Assembly (NCBI GenBank): GCA_030390025.1
Contig: CM059429.1
Coordinates: 139,066,001-139,130,000, forward strand
Source: Squalus acanthias
Taxonomy: Eukaryota
DNA length: 64,000 nt
Reading direction: 5' to 3'
Numbering within the stretch: the first letter of the stretch is position 1; each line of letters begins with the position of its first letter. Both the position numbers and the translations under genes were made by a program. Under the pieces are notes generated by a model. That model was not told the DNA's origin, did not search any database, and was given only the letters and a program-made list of their open reading frames with translations. Below are positions 25,435 to 38,720 of this stretch, piece after piece.

Positions 25435-26493
25435 TAGAAACATAGAAACATAGAAGATAGGAGCAGGAGTAGGCCATTTGGCCCCTCGAGCCTGCTCTGC
25501 CATTCGAAGAGATCATGGCTCATCATCCAAACTCAGTACCCTGTACCTGCCTTCTCCCCATATCCCTTGATACCTTTAGCTTTAAGAAACATATCTAACT
25601 CATCCTTGAATATATTTAATGACTTGGCCTCAACTACCTTCTGTGGTAGAGAATTCCACAGGTTCACCACTCTCTGGGTGAAGAAATTCTTCCTCATTTC
25701 TGTCCTAAATGGCTTACCCCTTATCCTTAGATTATGACCCCTGGTTCTGGACTCTCCGACCATCGGGAACATTCTTCCTGCATCTAGTTTGTACAGACCT
25801 GTCAGAATTTTATATGTTTCGATGAGATCCCCTCTCATTCTTCTATACTCCAGCGAGTATAAGCCCAATCGACCCAATCTCTCCTCATATGTCATTCCTG
25901 CCATCCCAGGTATCAGCCTTGTGAATCTTCGCTGAACTCCTTCCATGGCAAGAACATCCTTCCTCAGATAAGGCGACCAAAACTGCACACAGTACTCAAG
26001 GTGTGGTCTCACCAAGGCCCTGTACAACTGCAGCAGGACATCCCTGTTCCTATACTCAAACCCTTTCGCTATGAAGGCCAACATACCATTTGCCTTCTTC
26101 ACCGCCTGCTGCACCTGCATGCTTACCTTCAGCGACTGGTGCACAAGGACACTCAGGTCTCGTTGCACTTCCCCTTCTCCCAATCTATTGTCATTCAGAT
26201 AATAGTCTGCCTTTCTGTTTTTGACACCAAAGTGTATAACCTCGCATTTATCCACGTTATATTACATCTGCCACGCTTCTGCCCACTCACCTAACCTGTC
26301 CAAATCATTCTGGAGTTTCTCGGTATCCTCCTCGCAGCACACACGCCCACCCAGCTTTGTGTCATCTGCAAACTTGGAGATATTACATTTAGTTCCCTTA
26401 TCTAGATCATTAATGTATATTGTGAATAGCTGGGGTCCAAGGACCGATCCCTGCGTTACCCCACTAGTCACTGCCTGCCACTGTGAAAAAGAC
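25435..26493 (-). mobile_element. 5'-truncated CR1 LINE
   Basis: ORFs 25533-26255 and 26262-26471 (KFADD); (catagaaa)n tail at 25435. Confidence 0.9.
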
Positions 26494-27103
26494 CAGATTG
26501 CACAGATGTACAGTCACATCAAGAAATATTTTACTCCTGGTCAAACCTGATGTTAGTGAGCTTAACAAAGAGGAAGACTTCAAAGTATTGACACAACACT
26601 GGCATAATTTTATGCAAAATCGATAACCAAAGTCACAAAATAAAGTCATACTGCACAGAGGTTGGGTTTTGAGTGAACAGTAGAAGACGTGCTGAGGGAT
26701 CAGCCTGCTATTATCGGAACCCAATCGTACACAGCAAACCCCAGTGAACATAGAGCTGTCTCAGAGGAAGTGAGTACATGGTTAACCATCATCCCTTACA
26801 ACAAGCATATCTGTGAAGACTATGTTTCAGTTTTCTCTATCTACTCCCCTCCTCTGAAAGCAGTGACTCATGCTGAGATATGGTTCCACAAGCACCAGCA
26901 ATCCTCTGAACCACATCCAAGTGACCATTCCTCAAATGTGAAGCTATACAGCAAGTTATTTGATTGTGGGAGACCTCCGAGACAAGATCGAGCCTATCCC
27001 CACCCGAAATCCACATGCATACTTTCTTCCCAGTGGATTCATGGTCTATCAATCAGGGGTGAGAACACTTGCCACAAAGTTGACAGACCCTGCAAAATAT
27101 TGA

Positions 27104-27282
27104 TACAAAAAGAAAATACTGCAGATGCTGGAAATCTGAAATAAAAACAGGAAATGCTGGAGATACTCAGCAGGTCAGGCAGCATCTGTGAAGAGAGAAA
27201 CAGAGTAAACGTTTCACTCTGTTTCTCTCTTCACAGATGCTGCCTGACCTGCTGAGTATCTCCAGCATTTTCTGTTTTTATT
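27104..27282. mobile_element. Penelope-derived fold-back element with ~15-bp TSD
   Basis: Inverted arms centred on 'cagagtaaacgtttcactctg'; cctgcaaaata(t/c)tga at 27089-27103 and 27283-27297. Confidence 0.8.
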
Positions 27283-27604
27283 CCTGCAAAATACTGACTG
27301 TCCACGTTGAACGTGGATGATTATGGTGTATGTTCAGTGCAACCTGGAATTTACTCGGTCTGTACGGGTCAGTGCCATACCACAGTGCATTTACCCACTG
27401 AATCAATTTTAATGACTTGAAAAATTGCTTTGAGAACTTTTAACCAAAAGGCTCATAAAGAACTCCACATCTTACTTTACTACTGCGTTAATGAAAGCCA
27501 TTATATAGATGCCCATTTACATTATACAGTCAATGCAGCAAGACTCCTTGGAGAACCATACAAGTAAAATTGTTGTTGAAATCTAATTGCTGTTGCTCTA
27601 CTTT

Positions 27605-27872
27605 TGAAAAGATGCAAAAGAGCCAGAGGTGAGATGAGAAGAAATATTTTTACGCAGCGATTTATTATGATCTGGAATGCACTGCCTGAAAGGGTAATGG
27701 AAACATATTCAATAGTAACTTTCAAAAGGGAATTGAATAAATATTTGAAGGGGAGAAAATTGGAGGTCTATGGGGAAATAGCAGGGGAGTGGGACTAATT
27801 GGTAGCTCTTTCAAAGAGCCGGCACAGGCATGATGGGCCGAATGGCTTCCTTCAGTGCTGTAAGATCCTTAT
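27605..27872 (+). mobile_element. CR1 3' end fragment; its tail resumes at ~28386
   Basis: EMRRNIFTQRFIMIWNALPERV...GEWD* and 3' UTR 'gggccgaatggcttcct'. Confidence 0.8.
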
Positions 27873-28384
27873 GGGCTAGAAATTCGGTGCATTTGTGTCT
27901 CTCGTTAGTGCCCGCGGGGTGGGCGTGGGGGGGAGGCGGCGCTAACAGGGTGCAAATGACTTTTCGCCCGGGCGCAGCGCCACTAACGACTCCTGCTAAA
28001 TTCAGCGGGAGTTTAGCGGAGGCAGTAACCGGTAGCGCCTGCTCCACTGCGCAGGTGCGCAGCGTCCCATTTTTGCCCTGCCTGCAAAATTGGCCCGCGC
28101 CCCCTGAATCTGCGCCGGGCGATGACAACGACTGATTCAGGGGGCGGGAACGAAGCGGCAGGAGGCTCGCGGACGCTAACGAAAGGGGAGGTGGCGGGCG
28201 TGGGAAAAAAATCGTCCGACTTACTTGTCGCGGCCCGTTGCGTCTTTGAGCACGCAGTCCATGCCGCGATCTGGCAGCCCAGCACTCCTCACCGGGGAGC
28301 GGGGTGCTGGCACCGCACCCCGCTCCCCGGTGGTCCAGGTAGGGCCCCGCAGACCCAAAATGGTCGCTAATGAATTTTTCCCCC
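27873..28384. mobile_element. GC-rich Harbinger-type MITE
   Basis: Ends GGGCTAGAAATTC and GAATTTTTCCCCC; inserted in the CR1 tail. Confidence 0.7.
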
Positions 28385-28664
28385 ATATGATTCTATAATG
28401 TGCATTTATTATCAGTGCTTCAGGAACTTTCTGTAGGCAGTTGTCCATGGTTGACTGACAGATTCCTACATAGTGACCACTAAGGGCCTAGATAGAACTA
28501 ATAACAAAGAAGTTGATGAAAAAAGTGACCTCCACAGCTACAGGTAAATGATCATTAAAAGGGCTGATCGTAAATGTGGCTCAGCTAATGGCATGGCTCT
28601 GTGAGAACATAACCGGACAACCTAAATTCAGAAGAACACAAATTAAGACGAACAGAAGAACATT

Positions 28665-28830
28665 GGGAGTGAAATTGGTCTTGGACAGTAGTGCAAAATG
28701 AGCCATAGCAAATCGTCAGCCTGCTTTACACACGGCTCAATTTTCTTTTCCGATCGGTCTGGGTGTAAATCTGGCTGCCAGTTCGCTGTTGCCCATTTTG
28801 CTCTTACTGCCAAAGACCAATTTCACCCCC
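28665..28830. mobile_element. Small palindromic MITE (related pieces near 31960-32030 and 52702-52798)
   Basis: GGGAGTGAAATTGGTCTT ... AAGACCAATTTCACCCCC with internal inverted symmetry. Confidence 0.75.
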
Positions 28831-28942
28831 ATAGCCTAAGAACATAAATTCTGACCCAAGAACCTAAGAATATAAACTATGGGACAAAGTAAAGCCATGG
28901 GGGCCAATAACCCCACCATCTGCATGCCATATACAGTCTAGA

Positions 28943-29760
28943 CCAGGGATATCAAATGTAAGCCCACAGGCTGGATTCGGCCTATGGAACAGTTTTATTT
29001 GACCCATGCTGTGCTGTCCTGTGCTGTGTGTTTGCAATGTGTGGGATTCCTCCCTCAGTCACTGTGGTGTGTGAGTCATGCGTGCATGTGATGGTCTGAC
29101 ATTGTGGTTACGCACTGGAACATGGCGGCTCAGGCGAGACACGTGGAGCTGAGCATCTGTCATCGCTCACACAGCGGGTATGTGTAGGCTGGGGCTGGGG
29201 CCATGGTTAACCGGGCAGTAGGTGGGTGCTCCGGGGTCAGGTCCTATCTGTAGCAGCGGCCTTTGAGGCTGGGCCGCTTGTGGCTGTGTGCAGGGAGCGG
29301 CACGTTCTGATTTTACATGGCGAGCTCCAATGCCGCCGATTGCACCGGGCTGGGAGAGAAGGGCCAGCGGTGGGTCCCTCAGCTTCTCTCTCAGGGCAAT
29401 AAACCCCACAGATAGCCCCTGGCCTAATGTCTCCATCTCACCTGGTGGCTCCTCGCTCAGGATCTCACAGAGTTTCCAGCCGGAGCCCAAGCCGGGGCTG
29501 AGGCCTAAAATGGTGGCGGAATGAGGCCTAATGGGAGGGAGCATTAACCACTCTCCCCACACCACCCCACCCACCCCTCCCTCACCACCCAAGAGGAGCA
29601 TCAGAGATCCTTCCACCACTGCCCTGGGGACAATCGCCACCCATCTTCTAGTGATCCCAGGAAGCAGCAGAAAAGCAGCTAAAGGCAGGGTAATGGGGCA
29701 GCTTGCCAGACCGCGATTTGGGGTGGGATTGTGAAGGAAATTACAAACCATTATGTTCCC
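28943..29760. mobile_element. Possible hAT-type non-autonomous element fragment
   Basis: Begins 'cagggatatcaaatgtaagcccacaggctggattcggcc', resembling hAT/Charlie ends; matching right end not established. Confidence 0.3.
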
Positions 29761-32619
29761 TGCAGCATTTGTGAAAATACTGCCATTCTGTTAAATCCAA
29801 ATAATTTCCCATTTGCCAATATGTTCCTTGGCCATAATTCCTTGCTGCTGCTGCCAAAACAAAGATTCCACCAATAGGCAGTACAGCCGTACAAACTAAG
29901 TAGAACTTGCTGTTTGTGCAAGTGCCATTAACTCAAATTTAGATGGGCTTTAATTGCACTCATTGATGGTATTTTAGGTGTGAAATGGAACTCAAAATAT
30001 TTTGGTCTCTTCTTTAACTGTAAGAGTTATTGTTGATTTGCTATTTCTGCATTAGTGAGTAACAGGATACAATTTTGTCTGGGCCCAGTGCTGTGGAGGA
30101 AGCGGGAGCCCAAACCAAGAAGCGGCCCGAGTCTGGCCCGAAATTGGGCCTTGGGCCTCGGGCCTCATTAGCATTTTATGCGCAAGATGCCGGGGGCTGT
30201 TGCGCCTCCACAGGCAGCTCTTGCATTGAGGCCCAAAGCTACGTCTCGTGAGAAGAGTTGTAGTAGGCTATGGTGGGGGTGCTGGTCGCGACGAATGTGG
30301 AGTCGGGGAGCATTCCTGCTCCTTCTGGCTCCACAAGAAGGCTTATTAAAAAGTATAAACTTACCTTTACTTGGTGGCTGGAGGGGCTGCTGAAGAATCC
30401 TGAACTCCTACCACACGAACTACTGAATAGGCAGGCTTTAGCTTTCTGTTATGATGACCTATTTACTTATGATTTTGGAACTATTTTGAGAAACTGGGAA
30501 CCTTTGCAATCTATTCTACCCCATTCTACAATAGAAATCAACTTTCTAAAGACTATGGGAAAAAGACCATTTTATAATTATTATTTTTACTAATTATATT
30601 ATGGTAGTAAACAAATTAGTTTTCTCACCTAGTAAAAATTAGTATCCTTCAGATGAATCTATGATCTTAATTGAAGATTTCTATTTCTGAAATTATACTG
30701 TTTCCTCACCACTTCATCTGCACTCTGAAGCTGTGAAGTTTCGTGCAAGGCCTGATTTAGTATTTTGATTGAATATTTTTCCTAGTTTTCTCTCAAAGGG
30801 TCTGTTCTCCTCTCAACCTCCTTCAGGTGCCTTGCCAACATAAAATGTGTTTGCTGAAGAAAGAGCGAGAGAGAGCGATGTGTCATGTAATTTTATTCTG
30901 TTCCAGAAACATGGGGCTTTACTGCCGTGGATAGTGAGTGTCTTCTACGACATTTGATGAAATTTGTAGCAGACTGCAGAACTGATGTTGTGGACAAGCA
31001 AAATATATTACAAGAGTTAAGATATACTTTATAATGTGTACAGGAGATAAGATTACTGCTACTTACACAATAGATCAAATTTCATCGGACTGCTAGCGGG
31101 CTTCTTATCAGCTACATCAGTGGAGAAGTTCAGTCCTGAGCATATCCATAATACCTTTCTCCTGGTCGTGTTGACCAGATTTAAATATGTAAAACATCTG
31201 TGTATTCTTTTCACAGTCGTTCATGGAGAGTGGTCAGTGAAAACGACTCCACTGGCAAGTATTTATCCTTTTTCAAAAAAATAATTGGCACTGCCAATTG
31301 CTATTAAGACACATGGCTGGCATTCTATGGCATCTCTATTTTACTCCTGCTATTAGGTGTGAAGACATGATACTGATGGCAATAATCACACTCCCAGTTA
31401 GCACCATCATTAATCTCCAGCCCACATTCAATACTGATAAAGGTTAGCAGCCAAACTGCTGCTGTGTGCAACCACATACCATAAACTTCCAATGAACCCA
31501 ACAGGCTCATGAATATTTTAGTTGACCGTCAAAATTGACTTAACCTTGTGTGAGGAGAAACAAAAATTCATAAATACTATCAAATGATGAACCAGTGATT
31601 GAGTGTTCGGATCCTAACCAGATGGTCATCCTGAGCTCCAGACCTGCTTGTCTTTCAAATGTATTTGTCTCAGCTAGGTCTGAATATTGAACAAAAGTAG
31701 CAATCAGACTATTCCTGCATATCACATTTTTCTCATTGTATTCTCTATTTCCTGGATATGTTTCTGTGTACAAAGAAGTGCAAATACACAAAGGAACAGT
31801 AAGAGAATGATAAAACTGCCATATTTTCATTATTTCTTTCTCTCACTCATTGAGGACCATTTGCCCAAACTCTGAAGTAAAGAGTTCACATGCATTGCAA
31901 CAACATGGTTGCCAAGAGCCTGAAATTCTCAGAGAAAATATAAGGTGAACGTTCAACTTTAGTGGGGGCGTAAAGCTGCCAGTATCAGATTGGCCGCGCG
32001 TTGTACACCTCGCTCAATTTTCCTTTCCAATGATGTTGAAAGTTCCACCCATAGACTGTGTACAGCCACAATGCTTTCATACATTAAAGGAAGCCTGTAG
32101 ATTGGGCATTGTCAGGAATTCAGTCCATGTATCCATTTTAGGCCTAGGATCCCATGAAATTTGTATTGCTCATAAAGTGGTGTGCTACAGAAGTAAGGAG
32201 AAAGGGAGAATGTAGAAGATCCATTGAAATCTGTCTCTTCTACTACTTCTGGGAAGGCAACACTCAGCCATGGTTACCCAGTGACTGATGCTGGGATGTA
32301 TGTGTGTGTGCTGATGTCACTACAAGCAGGATGGGCTCAGCTTTTGACTCCTTTATTGTCAAATCACCTCTTGACAGTCAATGTTTCGGCTCACATACAA
32401 AAAAAATGCCACTTGGACTGTCTGTAACCGTGGAACTGTACTCCAGCACCTCTCTACTCCTTCACAGTAGCACAAGAGAAAATTGGCCTCAGTGCCCCTG
32501 GGTTACTTGGCCATGGTTCCCACATATAACTCTTGAACTATATCCAAAATTCATGCATACAATTAATATTTTCTTTCACTTTTTAAACTGAGAGTACACA
32601 ATGCTTTTTCACCAATTTA

Positions 32620-32772
32620 TTTGTTTGTGGGAGCTTGCTGTGCGCAAATTGGCTGCCGCGTCTCCCATTACAACAGTGACTCCACTTCAAAAAGTACTTC
32701 ATTGGCTGTAAAGTGCTTTGAGACATCCAGTGGTCGGGAAAGGCACTATATAAATGCAAGTCTTTCTTTCTT
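32620..32772 (+). mobile_element. Deu-domain SINE 3' fragment
   Basis: 'tttgtgggagcttgctgtgcgcaaattggctgccgcg...aaggcactatataaatgcaagtctttc'. Confidence 0.8.
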
Positions 32773-33479
32773 TAAAGTGATGAACCAGTGCAGAACAAGA
32801 TGAATGAGGCATTTTCTTCAAAATGTTGCAGTCCACAGCTATTCTTTTCTGTGCAATTTTCATTACATCTTCAACAAATAATGGTGTGAGAAATAAAACA
32901 CATAACAGATTGGAATTTCCAGTCGGTGGTAATGTTACCAGCCAAGTTTTCAATGGTTATCTCACTTCTAGTAATGACTTACTTTCTATGAGGCAAAACG
33001 TATTAATCATGGGGAGATGTTTACTCCCATTTGTGCTTTTTATAAACAGGTGCAGGCCTATGTATTTTCATGGTACTCTTCTCATGCCTTGAATTCACTT
33101 ACAGCAAGCACCTCTCAGAGATCACTGCTGTGTCGTAGCAGGATCACCTTCATGCAAAGCAAGTGCCTCTCCATATGACTAGTTTTAGTGAGAGTATAGG
33201 GTGGATCTGACTCCTTCGATCACTTGTTTTGTCACTGGACCAGCTTGGTCTTTTCCTCTTTAAGCCAGAGGTGTTCACCATTTCAGGCATTAACACACCA
33301 CAATGCAGGTACTAAATGTATTCAATATTTAAAAAATAAAAGTAATAGGAGAAGTGATGAAATTATTGTCCCCTGTAAACATAGAAGTTGTTACTTCCCC
33401 GATACATGTGGACACTGCAGATTGCCTGATGTGGCAGATGTCTCCCAGGGTGGTTTGGAAGGAAGCAGTGGCTTGAAAG

Positions 33480-33850
33480 CTTCATACTCTGGTAACCATC
33501 CCCATGTGTAGATCATTGGACAGCAGGTGGCACTTCTGTAGCAGTGTATCTTGTGAAGCAGAGGCAATGAAGATACTGTCCAGGTGCAGACCCCGGGGCA
33601 ATAACTGGTGTGACCAGAATGCCTCAGAAGTCAATTTTCCTGCAGAAAGGAGGCACCTGCTGTATAAGGTACACAACTTTCATAGGTTGGCAGGGTTCCC
33701 TCGAGTGCCAAGTGTCATGTATGCTGTCCATGTGGGCATTTGAAGGCTGCGCAAAACTCCTCTTCCTCAACTCAATTATGCAGCATGTTTGGACCCTGTT
33801 TGGATCCTCACCTCTTTGGAAGGTCAAAGCTAGCAGTACACCAGAGTAAT
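33480..33850 (+). pseudogene. Highly decayed HARBI1-like transposase remnant
   Basis: NFHRLAGFPRVPSVMYAVHVGI aligns by eye with FARIADFPVVRGAIDCTHFAL of the 38.7-39.9 kb transposase. Confidence 0.45.
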
Positions 33851-34870
33851 GAAGAAAAGTACTGGCTTAGGAAAAGCCCCAAAATGCAAAAATGGAGGCT
33901 TTCCCAGTCAAAAAGCATGATGCAAAAGGCAACAAAGGGAAGATGAAACCATGAAAAAAAACCACCATAAAATGTAATTACAAATTTACCTTCTAGTCGT
34001 GTCTAAGCTGGTAGCCTAGGGGTTAACAAGGATAAAGGAAAAAATCTGCCAAACTCCCTCCACTGAAACTGTGCAAGGTGCTGGTGACCTTGGGATAGGA
34101 ATTACCTCCAGACTCCATTACGTTTATCATCACTTTTTGTATGTTTAACAACGATACTGTAGAACTAAATATGACATGTTCCCAAATGTAATGAATCCAC
34201 TATGGACGGACTTATATTAGTTAATATAAACCGGGACTTATTAATGAACAATGTATATTTGTGTTTGTCTGTGCAGATAGTAGGACTCTGAAGGTGATGT
34301 GATATCCTCCTAAATTCATTGACCCTGGAATTCTGCAGGGGTTTCACTGGTCTCCCACCTTAACTCTGGCAAAAGACCAGCGGAAGCCCCAGGAAAATGG
34401 CAGAAACCTGGTTTTTCAGGAGTTTTAAGGCTGCCTTGTAAAGAGCAAAACTTCCATCCACCCCATTCAAGGCAAATGATGGCCAGGGACCAGGACCAGG
34501 TAGGGACACCCTAAGCCAAGAGTTCCTGCTCCTGATGCTCATTCAGGACCTGGTGTTTCTGTGGAAACTGGTGCAACTGAGTGAGTGGAGGCATACCAAC
34601 CTCCAAAAGAGTGTGTGTGAGCCCACTGGTGGGGTCCAGGCTAGGAAAGTAGCCTGGATTCCAGTGAGTTCAAAATTTTCTTTAACAATACACCCAGATC
34701 ATTGCTGAGACAACTCTCTGTCCCAAGGCATACCAACGCCGGAGTTCTTGTGGACATGGGGCAGGCCGACACCAGAGATGTGTCAAAGTGCTGCTTGCAC
34801 CCAACGGCCCATATTAATTTCCAGCCACAACCTGTTTGAGTGGAGTTGGAATTTGGAGCAGGACCCAATT

Positions 34871-35105
34871 AGAAAGAAAGAACTTGCATTTATATAGCAT
34901 CTTTCATGTCGTCAGGACATTTGTTTTGTAGGCAAATGCAGCAGCCTATTTGCATACAACAAGATCCCACAAACATCAATGAGATAAATGGGACAGTTAA
35001 TCTGTTTCGGTAGTGCTTATTGAGAAATAGATATTGGCAAGGACACCAGAAGAACTCCCTGTTCTTCTTCGAACAGTGCCATGGGATCTTTTGCATCCAC
35101 CTGAA
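34871..35105 (-). mobile_element. Deu-domain SINE fragment
   Basis: 'aaagaacttgcatttatatagc...caagatcccacaaac...gccatgggatcttttgcatccacctga'. Confidence 0.75.
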
Positions 35106-35423
35106 TGTTATGCCGAGTCCCGCACCTTTTTTAATTCATCAGAAATTACACAGAAGTGGGGACTCACGTTTTAGGAGTTTTTAGTCCAATTTTCCACAGG
35201 AAGGAGTTAAGAAATAGGAGCAGGAGCAGGCCATTTGGCCCTTCGAGATTTGGGAATGAGTTTAAATATTGTTATACTTTAAAATGATGTGAATTCACAC
35301 AAGGTTAAAATCATCCATACAGTTGCTGAGACAAGAGAGGATTGATGTGTTAATGAGCCATTAATCCATACTATTTTCCTCAGTGACCAGGGCAATAACT
35401 TATTCCTTACCTCACTTCAGACT

Positions 35424-35650
35424 ATTACACAGGATTACACAGGATATACGGCACAGAAACAAGCAATCCGGCCCATGCCGCCGTTTATGTTCCACTCGAG
35501 CCTCCTCCTGTCTTTCCTCATCTAAATCTATCAGCATAACCCTCTATTCCCTTCTTCCTCATATACCTGTCGAGCCTCCCCTTAAATGCATCTCTACTAT
35601 TCGCTTCAACCTCTCCCTGTGGTAGCGATTTCCACATTCTCACCACTCTC
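35424..35650 (-). mobile_element. CR1-type 3' end fragment
   Basis: RVVRMWKSLPQGEVEANSRDAFKGRLDRYM; (attacacagg) tail. Confidence 0.7.
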
Positions 35651-37597
35651 TGCAGATCATCCACACGAGACAGTATTCTTGGGCACCAGCAGGAAGTTGT
35701 CTGCTGAGGATATACTCTCCTACTCATCAGACTTCTTCACCCATCTGGAGGTTGGGATGCTTCATCTCATTTGGTGTACTGGCCCCAGTACTACACTAGG
35801 TCCCGAGTGAGAACTCCAGGTGTAGGCAACCACTACCTCGGGCTCCATCACGCAATGACATTTGCCTTGTAAGGAGTGGGTAGCATGATAGCATTCCTAG
35901 TTTGGCCACACTGATTTTAATAAGCAAGCTATAGAGCTGACACACGATGGCCCTCCCCTGGGGGAGAGAAATATGTCATGTTTTGTGATTTTTTTTGACC
36001 TTTTCTCCACAGAATGGATGTGGGATTGAATTTAAGTTTAAATGCTGTGTTTGAAAATGAAATGAGCTCACAGGAGTATAACATCCTCCTTACAGCTGCT
36101 GAAACAAAGAATGATTGATGTCGTAATAAGGCAACTATCTTTACTGTTTTCCACAATGACCAAGAGCAATAAGTAATTTGGTATCTCACTTCAGACTACC
36201 AGCAGCCCTTCCTTGGGCACTTAGTAAAAGGCTGTCTGTTGAGGATATAGGGGGAGATATTCAATACATTAGCGCCTCCCATTAAGCGCCTCCAGGGGGG
36301 GTGCTAACGGGGCGTTACCGGCGCACCAATAGTATCGACGCCTGTGAAATTGAGCTGGAGGTTTTTGGCGACGGTAACCACTAGCGCCACGATCTCCTGC
36401 ACCCTGAGATCATGACATCATCCGGCTGCACAGCGCCCCAGCTCAGAAATTCACTCTCGCCCCCCTGCCTGAGCGCCTGCCGTTAGCAACGACAGGTAGA
36501 GGAGGCGGTATGCAGTCGGATGAGCGCTGGAGGAGCACTATATAAAGGCGCCAACATCCGTTTCGTTATTATATACTTCCCATTGCATCTTGTAATATTA
36601 AAATGCATACCGTGTTCCAGTTTGTGACATTTAAACTTCGCTTTTTAAAGAAAAAGTCATTTCAAATTTTTATGCTTTTAAACTGTCGGAGCCGTCAAGG
36701 TTTTGGAACTATCAGAACGCTCCAATTGAATTCTGAGACTTGTGAAGCTCACTGTAATTATTTAACATGCTTCAACAGGTCCTACATACCAGCATCTGAA
36801 CCTCAGTCTGTACTCACTGCACAAACCACCACACCCCCACCACTAACCCACCAAGCATCTGCACCTACTCAAACTCACATCCACATCTCACGCCTTGCCT
36901 ACAATCACAGCTATTCAACTACGGCAGGCATATCTACCAAACACATAGCTGGACTCTGACTCGCACACATTCGTTTCTCTTGCAGGCCAAGATGGCCAAC
37001 AATAGGAGGGGCACCAGAGAACAGGCGGGGGTGATGCGCAGCTCCAGCAGCTTTCAAACCTGGCGGAGCGAGTGCTGCGACTCATTGGGCAGCAGGTGGT
37101 GGGCACCGTGGCCCTCGGCAACGTTGGCCCCCTTGGGGGCAATAACGGTATGTTCATCCCCTCTCCTTCTCACATCCCACTTCCCCCTCACACCACAAGC
37201 CTTTCCCACTTACCAACTCCAGATACTGTATACATTCCTTGCTCCCTTCCTGCAACTCCCCCCACCACCCCCCCCCGCCCCGCCCTCACCTTAACGCGAG
37301 TCTTGTGCCTTTATGCTTTCAGGTAATCAGCAACCAGATGACCAGCCTGTCCCTGAGCCTCCCACTGAGAGTGAGGAAGGAGAAGAGGAGGAGGAGCAAA
37401 GCACCACGTCACTGCATCTCGCACCCGCAGGCACCAGCTCAGATACTGGCACTACGCGATCTTTAGAGGCAAGTTTAGTAGAGGGGTCTGCACTGGGTGA
37501 TGCACCGGGAACGAGCGGGCTGCAGCAAGGCCAGGGGGAAAGGGTAGCTCGGGAGCCAGCTCCCCAGAGGGTGAGTTCGTGCGCGAGTTCTGCTGCA

Positions 37598-37708
37598 AAG
37601 AAAGACTTGAAAGACTTGGATTTCTATAGCGCCTTTCACGACCACCGGACGTCTCAAAGCGCTTTCCAGCCAGTGAAGTACTTTTGAAGTGTAGTCACTG
37701 TTGTAATG
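37598..37708 (-). mobile_element. Deu-SINE 3' tail inserted into Harbinger Myb exon 3
   Basis: 'aaagacttggatttctatagcgcctttcacgaccaccggacgtctcaaagcgcttt...gtagtcactgttgtaatgt'. Confidence 0.8.
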
Positions 37709-38720
37709 TGAGGACCTCGATGGGGAGGCATTCACAAGAAGGGTGATGAGCATGCACACCGAGATGATAGGTGCAATGGCAAGGGTGCCCGAGAGCCTGT
37801 TGGCAATGGTAAGGTCCGTGGAGGAGTCCGCACAGAGCTCTGCACACACCATGGAGCCCATCAGTGGCAGCCGGCCAAGGATGGTGGACTCCCTGAGAGA
37901 CCGTGGGGATCCAGACCTCATGCCGCGTGTCATGGGCGATGTGGCAGCATCCATTGCAGCACAGGCGGAAGCCATGTAACGTCTTAGTGCTGCAATGCAG
38001 TCAATGATTGATCCCATCGAGTCTCAGACTGCTCTCATGCAGTCTCAGCTTGATGCCACGAAAGCTCTGACTGCTGCCATCGTCGCTGGGTCCACCACAG
38101 TCCACCGGGGATCTCACGGTGTCGCAGCAGACCAGCAATCTGTGCTGCAGCAGATTGGTGGGGATGCTGAGGTGCTGCCCCGGGGGAGTGGCAGTGTGTC
38201 AATGGAGCAGGAACCTTCTATCCCCTCTCAGGATGACAGCATTCCTGCTCTCACCACTGCCACTCCGCCATTGACCGGACCACTGCCTGTCATCCAGCCA
38301 GCCCAGACTGCTGCCGCCCATTCTGAGGTGGCGCAGTCTACAGCCAACTTTCCAGGCCCAGAGCTGGTCGAGGGCATCCTGCAAGGCCATCTGTAGTTTC
38401 TGGCACCGACACTCAGCAGCCTTCCCCCAGTCCTGCTGCAGCCACTGAGGAGACACTACATAGGAGCAGTAGATCAGGGAAAGGCACTGTAAAGAAGGCA
38501 AGTAAGGGTTTGCACAAGGGTGATTAGTTAATATTGTTGTTGTATATATATGGTTACTGATTTTGGAAAAATTTATTATTAGAATGTTACAGAAATGGTG
38601 CTGTGTCTCATTTCAACTTTGGGGTGTGATATGGAATGAGAAATTGATGGAATGATGGGGACTGGCTGAGCAACCGGGAAGTGGCCTCGAATTCATTGGA
38701 ACCGAAGTCTGATGAGGCGG

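Noticed and set aside
27811-29751. Long GC-rich ORFs (191 aa, 194 aa)
   Set aside because: Low-complexity Pro/Gly/Ala frames arising in GC-rich repeat arms.
30907-31033. Possible terminal exon after ttttattctgttccag (TWGFTAVDSECLLRHLMKF...)
   Set aside because: Peptide not recognised and no partner exons; not supportable.
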